Source: Escherichia phage RB16
Reading direction: 5' to 3' (one strand)
Length of the DNA stretch: 64,000 nucleotides
Sequence record: NC_014467.1
The notes under the pieces were generated by a model. That model saw only the letters and a program-made list of their open reading frames with translations, was not told the origin of the DNA and made no database searches. Below are positions 40,450 through 48,988 of this stretch, piece by piece (position 1 is the stretch's first letter; each line of letters begins with the position of its first letter). Position numbers and translations under genes: made by a program.

Positions 40450-41748
40450 ATGAGTGATAAACACTACACAATTCACAAGTTGATGCGTCAGTCTGCGCTT
40501 CCGTCTGGTAAACGCGAAAAGGTTATCAACGAAGCAACAGGCACGACCGATATCAACGTACAGAACACGCGCCCAGAACTGGTTTCTTTGACTCGCGCTG
40601 TGAACAACCTGATCTATCATGAACTGGTTGCTGTACAAGAAACGGATTTACCAGTAGCTACCCTTTTCGGTGTTCGTTATCGCAACCCTAATGGGGACAT
40701 GACTTTCTCCAGCGCTGCAACCTATTCAGGCCGCATATCTGGACGTACAGACATCGACGATATCGATCTGGCTAAGGCATACGTCAAAGGCGATTTATTC
40801 AAGCACGATGTCACTGACGTTGTGTATGAGGTCATCGAACCTGTAAAGCTAAACGCGCTGGATACTGATAAAGACACCGCAATCATGAAAGCTGTGTTCC
40901 AAAGTAAAATTCGTTTGGTTAGCGAAGCCGCAGACACTTCAAAATATGAAACCAGTGAAGATATCGCATCAACCTCTTTCCAGATGGATCGTTGGAACAT
41001 TCCGGTTCGTTCACGTAAGTTTAAAACTGAAATGACCGTGGAATTGATGCAGGATCTGGAAGCAAACCAGTTTGAAGCCGATGGGGTAATTGAAGATATC
41101 CTGGGTACGGTTGCAAGCGAAGAAGTCAACAAAGATATTATTCAGACGCTGATCACCGTTTCCAAACGATATAACGTTGATGGTGTAGTTGTCGATGGTA
41201 TTTTTGACGGTACAACCACATACACTGCGAAGGATGCTCCAGCATTGGGCCGCATACTCTATCAATTAGCGTGCGAAATGGGCCAAGAAATGAATAGAAC
41301 GACTTCATTTGATGCAACCTACGTCCTCGCTAGTGCTCGCGTTGTAGGCGTTCTGGCTGCGTCTGGTTGGATGACCGAAACCGACGAACAACACCCGCTG
41401 GCAACTGGTAAACTTCAAAACGGTTATTATGTCTATACCGACACGAATACACCGTTTGATTATCTGCTTACCGGATGCAAATACGATCTGGGTGATATGG
41501 ATCACGTAGGTTCTCTGTTCTTCACTCCGTACACCGAAGCGGATGATGCAGGTTCAATCAAGGTATCCGTAGATCCTGCATCACTGCAACCGAAAGTTGC
41601 TATTCTGATGCGTTACGGTTTATCTGTGAACCCATACACAACGGAATCCGACTCTGAACGGTTGACCAAAGGCGATGACTGGTCGAATCTGGCTGGTAAA
41701 TCCAAACTCAGTCAAATCGTAGGTATTAAATTACCTAAGCTGGGTTAA
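40450..41748 (+). CDS. 24: gp24 head vertex protein
   Basis: About 432 aa; start at MSDKHYTIHKL after SD (track ORF begins at 40393 inside the endonuclease gene); 7/8 late-promoter-like CATAAATA at 40407. Confidence 0.9.
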   Translation: MSDKHYTIHKLMRQSALPSGKREKVINEATGTTDINVQNTRPELVSLTRAVNNLIYHELVAVQETDLPVATLFGVRYRNPNGDMTFSSAATYSGRISGRTDIDDIDLAKAYVKGDLFKHDVTDVVYEVIEPVKLNALDTDKDTAIMKAVFQSKIRLVSEAADTSKYETSEDIASTSFQMDRWNIPVRSRKFKTEMTVELMQDLEANQFEADGVIEDILGTVASEEVNKDIIQTLITVSKRYNVDGVVVDGIFDGTTTYTAKDAPALGRILYQLACEMGQEMNRTTSFDATYVLASARVVGVLAASGWMTETDEQHPLATGKLQNGYYVYTDTNTPFDYLLTGCKYDLGDMDHVGSLFFTPYTEADDAGSIKVSVDPASLQPKVAILMRYGLSVNPYTTESDSERLTKGDDWSNLAGKSKLSQIVGIKLPKLG

Positions 41749-41797
41749 TCAAGTTTTGAGAAGACCATTATAATAACAAAGATCAAGAAGGTCAAAC

Positions 41798-41966
41798 GAG
41801 CGAAGCGAGTTTTCACGAACGAAGTGAGTGATGGGTACTACTAACTACATAATTATATTTTTATATTTTATATATAGAGAAAAATGTAGTTTTTGGTATG
41901 TTTTTTAACCAGATGTAAACTAACATTCATTCGCTTCGCTCATTCATGTACTCACTTCGTTCGTAG
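41798..41966 (+). repeat. repeat cassette copy B (same element as 4790-4960)
   Basis: Arms GAGCGAAGCGA...ACGAACGAAGTGAGTG and TCGCTTCGCTC...ACTCACTTCGTTCGT flank the shared AT-rich core. Confidence 0.8.
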
Positions 41967-41968
41967 AT

Positions 41969-41996
41969 TTGACTTCTTGATCATGATGGTTATAAT
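41969..41996 (+). promoter_or_regulatory. strong sigma70-like promoter TTGACT-16-TATAAT upstream of uvsY
   Basis: Consensus-like hexamers, 24 nt before uvsY ATG. Confidence 0.6.
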
Positions 41997-42019
41997 ACTA
42001 CTTTGTTTTGAGGTGATTC

Positions 42020-42442
42020 ATGGCTGAACTAAAACTTGAAGATTTACAGGCTGAACTCGAAAAGGATATGTTGATCGACCCTCTGAAACTACAGAGTGAA
42101 TCAGCAGACATTCCTAAGATTTGGTCTAAGTGGCTTCGATATCATTCGAATGCTAAGAAAAAACTGATCCAGCTACAGGCCAGGAAAGAAGCAGAAGTGA
42201 AAGAACGTCTTCTGTATTACACTGGACGGCATGAGACTGAAATGACTGATGTCATTTACACAGGTTCAGGTGAAATTAAGATTGCGATCAATGGCGATCC
42301 GAAAATTGTTGAGGTTAACAAACTGATTCAGTATTTCGAACTGATTGCAGAATTCACCAGTAAGGCGCTGGACATTGTTAAGAACAAAGGATATTCTATC
42401 AAAAATATGTTGGAAATCCGAAAACTTGAGAGTGGTGCATAA
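42020..42442 (+). CDS. uvsY: UvsY recombination mediator protein
   Basis: 140 aa; LEDLQAELEKDMLIDPLKLQSE...WSKWLRYHSNAKKKL...ERLLYYTGR pattern matches T4 UvsY as I recall it. Confidence 0.85.
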   Translation: MAELKLEDLQAELEKDMLIDPLKLQSESADIPKIWSKWLRYHSNAKKKLIQLQARKEAEVKERLLYYTGRHETEMTDVIYTGSGEIKIAINGDPKIVEVNKLIQYFELIAEFTSKALDIVKNKGYSIKNMLEIRKLESGA

Positions 42443-42443
42443 A

Positions 42444-42623
42444 ATGTCAGAACAAGAAGACTGCAAATGTGTGGTTTGTAAAAATCCGATTCCTACTGCA
42501 ACTGGGTTTGTAACTGAATCTGGTCGTGTGTGTGGTGTGATTTGTGCTCAGTATTTGATTGAGCGTAACAAAACCGGATTGAATGAAGCCGACGATCTGA
42601 ACGAAGTTCAAATGTTGTTGTAG
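42444..42623 (+). CDS. small Cys-rich protein (59 aa), uvsY.-2-like by position
   Basis: MSEQEDCKCVVCKNP...CGVICAQ; start abuts uvsY stop; track ORF 42345..42623 extends into uvsY. Confidence 0.5.
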   Translation: MSEQEDCKCVVCKNPIPTATGFVTESGRVCGVICAQYLIERNKTGLNEADDLNEVQMLL

Positions 42624-42639
42624 GTGGAATATGAGCAAA

Positions 42640-42920
42640 GTTGATTCGGGATGTTTCGAAGACGAACACCCAGATTTTTAGGGTAGGTAAAAAGTTGCCA
42701 TAGGCAAGACAAATCAAACTATAGGACAAACTTACGGATAGCCTAACGCCGAGGTGAGAACGTTAACTTTTGTCCGAGGCGGGTTTGAGTTCGAAACGCA
42801 AGGATCGGACGCTCTAAATACTGGTGTACCCCTTGTGGGGCTTGGCTGGCTGATTAATCAGCTTACGCAGTTTAGAATAGCGGTGTCGTCACCGCGTTAA
42901 AAATCAACTATGCTTCAAAA
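42640..42920 (+). ncRNA. candidate structured non-coding region (function unknown)
   Basis: About 280 bp without plausible ORF on the plus strand, several hairpins and a perfect 14-bp palindrome GCTGATTAATCAGC; ends at a strong terminator. Confidence 0.25.
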
Positions 42921-42924
42921 TTAA

Positions 42925-42958
42925 AGCCCCTTCCTTTCGGTTGGGGCTTCTTTTTTAG
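42925..42958. terminator. bidirectional rho-independent terminator, copy 2 of the hairpin at 5818-5848
   Basis: AAAGCCCCTTCCTTTCGGTTGGGGCTT followed by T-run; between convergent plus-strand region and uvsW.1. Confidence 0.75.
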
Positions 42959-43185
42959 AACTTCTCTTCTTCTCCGGTTTCAAGTTCGGCTTTGAGTTCT
43001 TCACGCCGTCCCTTGATCGCGTCACGCATTGAAATGTCATCGGATGCTGCAACTTCAACTTCCTTGACCCGCGTATTGTAATATTTTTCCAACTCTTTCA
43101 AACCGTCCAATGTACGGCACGAAGCAACTTTATTCATGAAATCATCAATTGCGGCTTCGTTAACGAATTCAGTAAAACTTTTCAT
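42955..43185 (-). CDS. uvsW.1: UvsW.1-like small protein
   Basis: 76 aa, directly downstream of uvsW on the same strand (T4 UvsW.1 is about this size). Confidence 0.6.
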   Translation of the reverse strand: MKSFTEFVNEAAIDDFMNKVASCRTLDGLKELEKYYNTRVKEVEVAASDDISMRDAIKGRREELKAELETGEEEKF

Positions 43186-43194
43186 CTTAACCTC

Positions 43195-44694
43195 TTAAAT
43201 TTCTACCTGTTTGATCACGTAGTCGAATCGTTCTTCATTGTAGATCCGCACACGTTCCATAGCATGTTTCATGCCGTAGTTAGTTGCACTATATTTATTT
43301 TTGGCTGTCTTCGACTTCGCCAGCGTTGCCAGGTTATCGACGATATCCCATACAGTTGCAAGCGCTTTCGAACCATGCTTACGCAACACGCGCCCGATCG
43401 ACTGCTTAACAACAACGGCAGATTTGCAAGGGTGTGCAAAAATGATGTGATGCAGGTTCTTGATTGAAATACCTGTACTCAGTACCCCGATCGAACCGAT
43501 TACAATCAAACCCTTTGTTGATTCCGCAATCTTTTTCATTTCGTTGCGGTCGTCAATGTCCGTATCGCCGTTGATCAATACAACGTTGTCATAAACCTTG
43601 CTTAACTTCTCGTACAGCCATTTTCCGTGTTCTTTATACCGGAACATCACGAATGTGTTTTCGTTCTTCTCACGGGCTAATTTAAGCGCTAATTTTAGAA
43701 TCCATGCGTTGCGCCGTGTATGGCTTGTAACGTATTTGATTTCAGTCTGGTAGTCTGCACCCTTCAATTTCTTGATCTCTTCTTCTTTGTACCGAAGGAA
43801 GATTGTGTTAATTTTCAGGTTGGTGACTTGTCCATCATCCATCAAACGACGCGTATCAACTGGTTTAAAGACTTTACCGAACGCACCGATGTATTGCATC
43901 ATGTTCGTTTTCCCTTCTTTCAGGGAACCGGATAAACCCAGTTTGAAAATGCACTGATCCATTGTGTCGATAATCTTTTTGATGCTCAACCCTGTTGATA
44001 GGTGGCATTCATCAACCATCAGGCACATGAACTGCTGGAACCACTCAGCAGGCATTTTAACCGCTGATTGCCAGGTTGAAACATAGATTAGCGCGTTGCT
44101 GTTCTTAGCAGTACCGGAACGAATACCCAACATTGCCGATTTCGGAAACAGTCGATAGTTTGCGATGTCCTCAATCATTTGGTCAACCAGCGCCGTAGTT
44201 GGAACGATAATCAGCACTTTTCCGCTGTAATGTTCCAGACACCAACGGGAGATAAGACCCTGAATTAGAGATTTACCCGCTGACGTTGGCAGGTTCAGAA
44301 CTCCTCGACGGTTTTTGATACCGTGGAATACGGATTCGCGCTGATACCAGTAAGGATCGATCTGTTTGTCACCGTCATAAACTGGATGCTCGTTAACCCA
44401 CTTGTCAAAATCTTCTTGCGTGATATCCTCTGTCTCGTGGATCTTCGGATCTACCCAGATTGAATAACCGCGTGATTCTGCGAATTTTGTTACCAGATAG
44501 GCTAACCCATACGGGAGTTTTCCGTTGTAGTCCATCAGGTAAATGTACCCGTTCCATCCACCATATTTGTATTTGGCTTGATACTGATAGCCTGGAGGCT
44601 GGAATGAAAAATAGTCACGAAGTTCATAGACAATGTTTGCTTCTGCCTGAATCTGTACGTGGCTTGTGTTTAAAAATTTGACTTCAATATCCAC
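43195..44694 (-). CDS. uvsW: UvsW RNA-DNA and DNA-DNA helicase
   Basis: 499 aa; Walker A LPTSAGKSL, DECH box MVDECH, SF2 helicase C-terminal motifs. Confidence 0.85.
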   Translation of the reverse strand: MDIEVKFLNTSHVQIQAEANIVYELRDYFSFQPPGYQYQAKYKYGGWNGYIYLMDYNGKLPYGLAYLVTKFAESRGYSIWVDPKIHETEDITQEDFDKWVNEHPVYDGDKQIDPYWYQRESVFHGIKNRRGVLNLPTSAGKSLIQGLISRWCLEHYSGKVLIIVPTTALVDQMIEDIANYRLFPKSAMLGIRSGTAKNSNALIYVSTWQSAVKMPAEWFQQFMCLMVDECHLSTGLSIKKIIDTMDQCIFKLGLSGSLKEGKTNMMQYIGAFGKVFKPVDTRRLMDDGQVTNLKINTIFLRYKEEEIKKLKGADYQTEIKYVTSHTRRNAWILKLALKLAREKNENTFVMFRYKEHGKWLYEKLSKVYDNVVLINGDTDIDDRNEMKKIAESTKGLIVIGSIGVLSTGISIKNLHHIIFAHPCKSAVVVKQSIGRVLRKHGSKALATVWDIVDNLATLAKSKTAKNKYSATNYGMKHAMERVRIYNEERFDYVIKQVEI

Positions 44695-44765
44695 TATGAT
44701 TACCCTATGTACAAAGTATATAGGTATTTATTGCCTAAATATTGAATAAACACTGGAGATAGACA

Positions 44766-45422
44766 ATGAAAATTGATTACGAATTGGTAGAAGGGTTCCG
44801 TGCTCTGCCTACTAAAGAACAGAAAGGCGCACTGGCTGACTACGCTCAAAGCACCTTCGAAGTAAAACTGAACAAACAAAAATCATTCGATAACATGCTG
44901 GCTGATCTGGAAGCTGCTGTACCAGCGGAAGAAAAACCGGAACTGTTGATTGATTCCCCAGAACCAGAAATAGTTTCGTACACTGGTAGCTCTATGATGG
45001 ATGAACCTGTTGTTAACGCTCCGAACATTCCTGATGTGGTTGTCGATGTGTCGCAGGACTTTATGAATTACGTCAAAGAAGTTGCGCCGGAAGTGGCTGA
45101 CCAGATTCAATTAGTACCTGATGTTGTAGAAGCTCCTGTAACCGCTTCTGACGAGTCCAAAGCTGATACGGCATGGTTGGATGGTTTTAGTCCTACCATC
45201 GTTCTGATGGGGCGTAGCGCTCGTTCTAACGGCTATTATACGTGTCCCTGGTGGATCTATGATTGGATTAAGAAAAATCCAGATTGGTACAAAGATCCTG
45301 ACCAATGTCCACACTACAGCGCACGGGATACCCTGAAATCGCTGGTGTACTACATCAAGCGTGATGGTCAAGTTACTGTGCGTGAAACTCGCAACAGCAG
45401 TTTCGACACCTTCAAGTTTTAG
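44766..45422 (+). CDS. hypothetical protein (218 aa) with C-terminal CPWWIYDWIKKNPDWY motif
   Basis: ORF track; shares the PWWIYD-x-I...DW motif with the ORF at 46477. Confidence 0.55.
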   Translation: MKIDYELVEGFRALPTKEQKGALADYAQSTFEVKLNKQKSFDNMLADLEAAVPAEEKPELLIDSPEPEIVSYTGSSMMDEPVVNAPNIPDVVVDVSQDFMNYVKEVAPEVADQIQLVPDVVEAPVTASDESKADTAWLDGFSPTIVLMGRSARSNGYYTCPWWIYDWIKKNPDWYKDPDQCPHYSARDTLKSLVYYIKRDGQVTVRETRNSSFDTFKF

Positions 45423-45442
45423 CACTTTTTGCTAAAATCTGG

Positions 45443-45471
45443 TTGACTCATACCCCGCTTTAAAGTATATT
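45443..45471 (+). promoter_or_regulatory. sigma70-like promoter candidate (TTGACT-17-TATATT)
   Basis: Hexamer match upstream of the gene at 45522. Confidence 0.35.
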
Positions 45472-45521
45472 TGTACTCGAAGGCGGGGGAAAGGCTCTCG
45501 CAGTGAAAGAAGGAAAGCAAA

Positions 45522-45839
45522 ATGAAAAACGAAATGATGAAAAATGCTTATTATCCGGTTCTGTTTGTTTGGGGCGGGGAAAAAGTTAAAACTATCGTTA
45601 ATTCACAAGCTCCGTATTACACTGTTGGTGAAGCACTTCGTCATGCCGCCGAAGCTGATTATCCGGTATCATTTGAACCTGGTTATGCTCGTTGGAATGG
45701 TTCTAAATGGGTTGCTGATAGCTGGGACAACTACGAAGAATCAAGAATGGAACATGATCCTGATTATGTTTCTCGCCAGATGGAAGCGCACATGATTGCA
45801 GACCGTCGCCTCGATAACGAAGCTCGCGGGTTCTGGTAA
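45522..45839 (+). CDS. hypothetical protein (105 aa)
   Basis: ORF track; AGGA SD; terminator downstream. Confidence 0.5.
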   Translation: MKNEMMKNAYYPVLFVWGGEKVKTIVNSQAPYYTVGEALRHAAEADYPVSFEPGYARWNGSKWVADSWDNYEESRMEHDPDYVSRQMEAHMIADRRLDNEARGFW

Positions 45840-45844
45840 AATTT

Positions 45845-45868
45845 AAGGGGGCGAAAGCCTCCTTTTTT
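45845..45868 (+). terminator. rho-independent terminator (GNRA-loop hairpin + T6)
   Basis: AAGGGGGC-gaaa-GCCTCCTTTTTT. Confidence 0.55.
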
Positions 45869-45879
45869 ATAGGTGAAGA

Positions 45880-46449
45880 ATGAACAAATTAAACCATGAA
45901 TGTCTGAAAGATTTGTCAGATGGTAAAGAAATCGAGAACGTTATATTCCTCGATATTGACGGCGTGTTAAATAATATGCGCTCTATGAAATTCGGTGAAC
46001 ATATGGACATCGAATGTGCGCGACATCTACGCCGGATCGTCAACCATGCAAATTGTGATATCGTTGTTTCTTCAACGTGGCGCATGGGGAACACGACACA
46101 CACCCTACGCGAAATCCTGTACCCCTGGGGATTGTATCGCGTTATAGGCCGAACCTGTAGCAACATGGTTGGTAATCGTGTGCGTGGTGATGAAATAAAG
46201 GCGTGGATCGATACGTTCGGATGTAAGAACTATATGATCCTTGATGATGATTGTGATATGTTGCCAGAACAAAAAGATCACTTCGTCAGAACAGATCCTG
46301 AAATCGGGCTTACCGAAGAACAATCAACCTTTGCGATCCGCAATATATTTGGAGTAACAACCCCGTTTTGTCCTGAATGCAACGGCTACGGGCGCGTGAA
46401 CCAATACGATAAATGCGGTAGCTGTAACGGTAAAATATTGCGTCTATAA
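45880..46449 (+). CDS. HAD-like phosphatase-fold protein with C-terminal zinc ribbon
   Basis: VIFLDIDGVLNN (HAD motif I DxDGV) near N-terminus; C-terminal CPECNGYG...CGSCNGK. Confidence 0.55.
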   Translation: MNKLNHECLKDLSDGKEIENVIFLDIDGVLNNMRSMKFGEHMDIECARHLRRIVNHANCDIVVSSTWRMGNTTHTLREILYPWGLYRVIGRTCSNMVGNRVRGDEIKAWIDTFGCKNYMILDDDCDMLPEQKDHFVRTDPEIGLTEEQSTFAIRNIFGVTTPFCPECNGYGRVNQYDKCGSCNGKILRL

Positions 46450-46452
46450 ATA
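46445..46452 (+). promoter_or_regulatory. T4-type late promoter motif TATAAATA upstream of the Ig-like domain gene
   Basis: Exact TATAAATA 25 nt before ATG at 46477. Confidence 0.5.
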
Positions 46453-46476
46453 CAGAAAAACTAAGAGGTTTCAATA

Positions 46477-46980
46477 ATGGCTACTGAAAAATGGACTACG
46501 GTTCACCCTATCCCGTGGCGTAACACCAGCTTTACCTATCTTCCGTGGTGGATCTATGATATCATTGTTGCTGCTAATACGGCAGGTGGAGATTGGCGTG
46601 ATTACGCAGAAGAAAAATATGCGAAAGAATTCGACACGCTGAAACAAGCATATATCGACTATACCGATGTTGATTTCATCGAATCTCGCAACGGCTACCT
46701 GTACAAACTCAGTGATTTTACTCCGGCTGATCCGGTTGTTACTATCACCCCGAAAACTGCCCCTGCTGATTTTAAAGTAGGCGATCCTGACCTTGCTGCA
46801 ACCGATCTGTTTACTATCGATCCGAGCGGTACGGCTATGACTCTGACTGTGGATTCCTCTGGTCATGCGTCGATCGTTGGCGGTAAACTCCACGCTGTAA
46901 GCGCTGGTGATGTTGTTGTAACTGCGACCTCCGGTTCTGTTACTGCAAACCTGACTGTAAATGTTAAAGTTGCTCCATAA
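46477..46980 (+). CDS. protein with N-terminal PWWIYD motif and C-terminal bacterial Ig-like (Big_2-type) domain; possible virion decoration protein
   Basis: C-terminal DPSGTAMTLTVDSSGHASIVGGKLHAVSAGDVVVTATSGSVTANLTVNVKV typical of Ig-like beta-sandwich; late promoter motif upstream. Confidence 0.6.
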   Translation: MATEKWTTVHPIPWRNTSFTYLPWWIYDIIVAANTAGGDWRDYAEEKYAKEFDTLKQAYIDYTDVDFIESRNGYLYKLSDFTPADPVVTITPKTAPADFKVGDPDLAATDLFTIDPSGTAMTLTVDSSGHASIVGGKLHAVSAGDVVVTATSGSVTANLTVNVKVAP

Positions 46981-46995
46981 CTAAGAAGGTAAAAC

Positions 46996-47496
46996 ATGCT
47001 TCTATTCGAATTCAATGATGTATTCTCGAAGTTTAGTGATGCAATTCAGGCAAAATTCGGCAAACGTCCCGAAAACATGACAGAAACAGAATACAATACT
47101 GCTGTTTCGTCCCTGGTTCGTACAGATTTCTATGAAAAGCTGGCGATCGAGGTTTTGGGCTGGGATATGATGAAATGGGGTATGACTTATCGCGATCGCG
47201 AAGTCGGTTTTATTCTCGTCAACGAGGTTAAAAGCCCGTTGTGGGTGAATAACCAAAAAATTGCATACATGGATAAAGTGTGTGCGGAAATGGGTATTGT
47301 ACGTCTGGATTTCTGGATGTGTAAAGATCTGAATGAACTGAAAGGCCATGCTTATCGATGCCCTCTGATTTCTCGCAACGAGAAACATCGTCAAGCATGG
47401 GATAGCGCTGGCAAGTATCGCAGTGTATATCTGAATGATGACATGAACATCACTATCCAGGATGTGAACCGCGCCTTTGCGGATTACACACCATAA
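46996..47496 (+). CDS. hypothetical protein (166 aa)
   Basis: ORF track; terminator downstream. Confidence 0.5.
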   Translation: MLLFEFNDVFSKFSDAIQAKFGKRPENMTETEYNTAVSSLVRTDFYEKLAIEVLGWDMMKWGMTYRDREVGFILVNEVKSPLWVNNQKIAYMDKVCAEMGIVRLDFWMCKDLNELKGHAYRCPLISRNEKHRQAWDSAGKYRSVYLNDDMNITIQDVNRAFADYTP

Positions 47497-47499
47497 ACA

Positions 47500-47532
47500 A
47501 AAAAGGGAACCGCAATGGTTCCCTTTCTTTTT
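47500..47532. terminator. bidirectional rho-independent terminator between convergent genes
   Basis: AAAGGGAACC-gcaa-TGGTTCCCTTTCTTTTT. Confidence 0.7.
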
Positions 47533-47974
47533 ACAGCTTTCTAACTTCTTTCAACGCTTCTTCTTTGCTACCAACGAAGAGGATCGCTTTTCCTCCCGCT
47601 TTCCTGAAAGGTAATACTGCTTTCGCTCTGTCATCGAACAGTACACCCTGACTTGCATAGGCTGCTTTTTCGCCGCTGCTTTTGGTGTAGTGGAATTCAG
47701 GCAGATACCCAAACAGTTTAACAAGCGCTTTACGTTTTTGTTCTGCAACTTTTTCGGAATTGTATTTACCGACACTGGTCAAGATCGCAACCTCGCCTAA
47801 TGTTCTCATATGACAGAACAGCGCAACACCCTCTTCAATCGGTTTTAAATTTTCGTAGAAGTCGGTTTTAGATATTGCCTCTTTTGCCTTTTTGAGTTCA
47901 TCCTCTGGCATTCTTGCCGGATCACCATACATCGGTATGAAAGAACCTTCCCAATCGAACAGTACACCATCCAT
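47531..47974 (-). CDS. HAD-superfamily 5'(3')-deoxyribonucleotidase-like protein; N-terminus apparently truncated by a frameshift
   Basis: Begins MDGVLFDWEG; in-frame upstream codons read N-F-F-F-D before the ATG (47975-47989); upstream ATG at 47993 is in another frame across a T6 run. Confidence 0.55.
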   Translation of the reverse strand: MDGVLFDWEGSFIPMYGDPARMPEDELKKAKEAISKTDFYENLKPIEEGVALFCHMRTLGEVAILTSVGKYNSEKVAEQKRKALVKLFGYLPEFHYTKSSGEKAAYASQGVLFDDRAKAVLPFRKAGGKAILFVGSKEEALKEVRKL

Positions 47975-48042
47975 ATCAAAGAAAAAATTTCATATCAATT
48001 CCTCGCTTTGTGTGTGCATCATATTCATATATGTTCTCATTG

Positions 48043-48876
48043 TCAACCCCATGTGTCTGTTTTAGGTGCGTATGCTGCAACTTTAGCCACTAATTCCTTA
48101 TCAAGCTGATCGATAGATTTCTGTGCTTTGCCTTTTGCCTTAACTTTGATGTAGTTAGACTTGACAACGAACATACCGCCTTTGTCAGATTTCTTGATTT
48201 CGCTATCGATACCAACTTTGTTAAAGCTGATCCAGATATCACCATCCATGTATTGTTTCAGTGAATCACCCATGTTCAGGATCTTAGCCATAGTAAGCGC
48301 TGCTCCTTCGTGGGTATCCATAAGGATCTCTTTAGGAACCACACGGTCACGTTTCAGGTTCTGCTGCATAGCAATATGAACATCGTTCATTACCCAAACG
48401 ATATGGATGTTTTCTTTATGATATCCCAGCGTTTCAACGTCACGGGCAATGCTTGCCAGCTTGCTCATGCTTTTTAGGGTAACGTCGAAAATCAGGTTTG
48501 GTTTGCGGTCTTCTGGTGCTGCTGCAATACCAGCATAAACACGCGCCTGGTTTTTGTTGGATACGTTGAAAACGTCTGCGATCACATGATGCAGGGTTGC
48601 CACGTTATCCGGGTTTTTCAAGTTCATGGTTTTAACATCATGACCAGTTTTAGCTTTGATTTCTGCCGCCAGTTTGGTGCTACCCATTACCAGCTTTTTC
48701 AGTGCGTCAACGTCCAGTGTGATTCCTTCGATACCTAACAGTTTTTCGAGGGTAAAACCTTTACCGGAACCCGCACCGCCAGCCAGGATCACAACCTGAC
48801 CAAATTTAGGATATGCCTTGCCGCCAAACGTAATCAACGCTTCGTCAAGGGATACAAAGTCTTTGAATGATTTCAT
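48043..48876 (-). CDS. P-loop-like nucleotide-binding protein (277 aa), possible kinase
   Basis: Glycine-rich VVILAGGAGSGKGF near N-terminus (atypical Walker A, no S/T after Lys). Confidence 0.5.
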   Translation of the reverse strand: MKSFKDFVSLDEALITFGGKAYPKFGQVVILAGGAGSGKGFTLEKLLGIEGITLDVDALKKLVMGSTKLAAEIKAKTGHDVKTMNLKNPDNVATLHHVIADVFNVSNKNQARVYAGIAAAPEDRKPNLIFDVTLKSMSKLASIARDVETLGYHKENIHIVWVMNDVHIAMQQNLKRDRVVPKEILMDTHEGAALTMAKILNMGDSLKQYMDGDIWISFNKVGIDSEIKKSDKGGMFVVKSNYIKVKAKGKAQKSIDQLDKELVAKVAAYAPKTDTWG

Positions 48877-48908
48877 CTTAGAACTCCAGGGTTATTTTAA
48901 TATATTTA

Positions 48909-48938
48909 TTGACACCGTTTATTGGTTGGGTTTATAGT
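48909..48938 (+). promoter_or_regulatory. sigma70-like promoter candidate (TTGACA-18-TATAGT)
   Basis: Hexamer match upstream of the gene at 48989. Confidence 0.35.
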
Positions 48939-48988
48939 GAAGTTGTTCGACGGATAGGCCGGAAGAACTTTAACCATAAGGTAAAATC

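Noticed and set aside
42345-42623. 92-aa track ORF overlapping the 3' end of uvsY
   Set aside because: Its first 33 codons lie inside uvsY in another frame; the internal ATG at 42444 directly after the uvsY stop gives a compact 59-aa product.
42760-42840. Possible tRNA gene (GTTCGAAAC T-loop-like segment)
   Set aside because: I could not build acceptor, D and anticodon stems around it; kept only as part of a candidate structured non-coding region.
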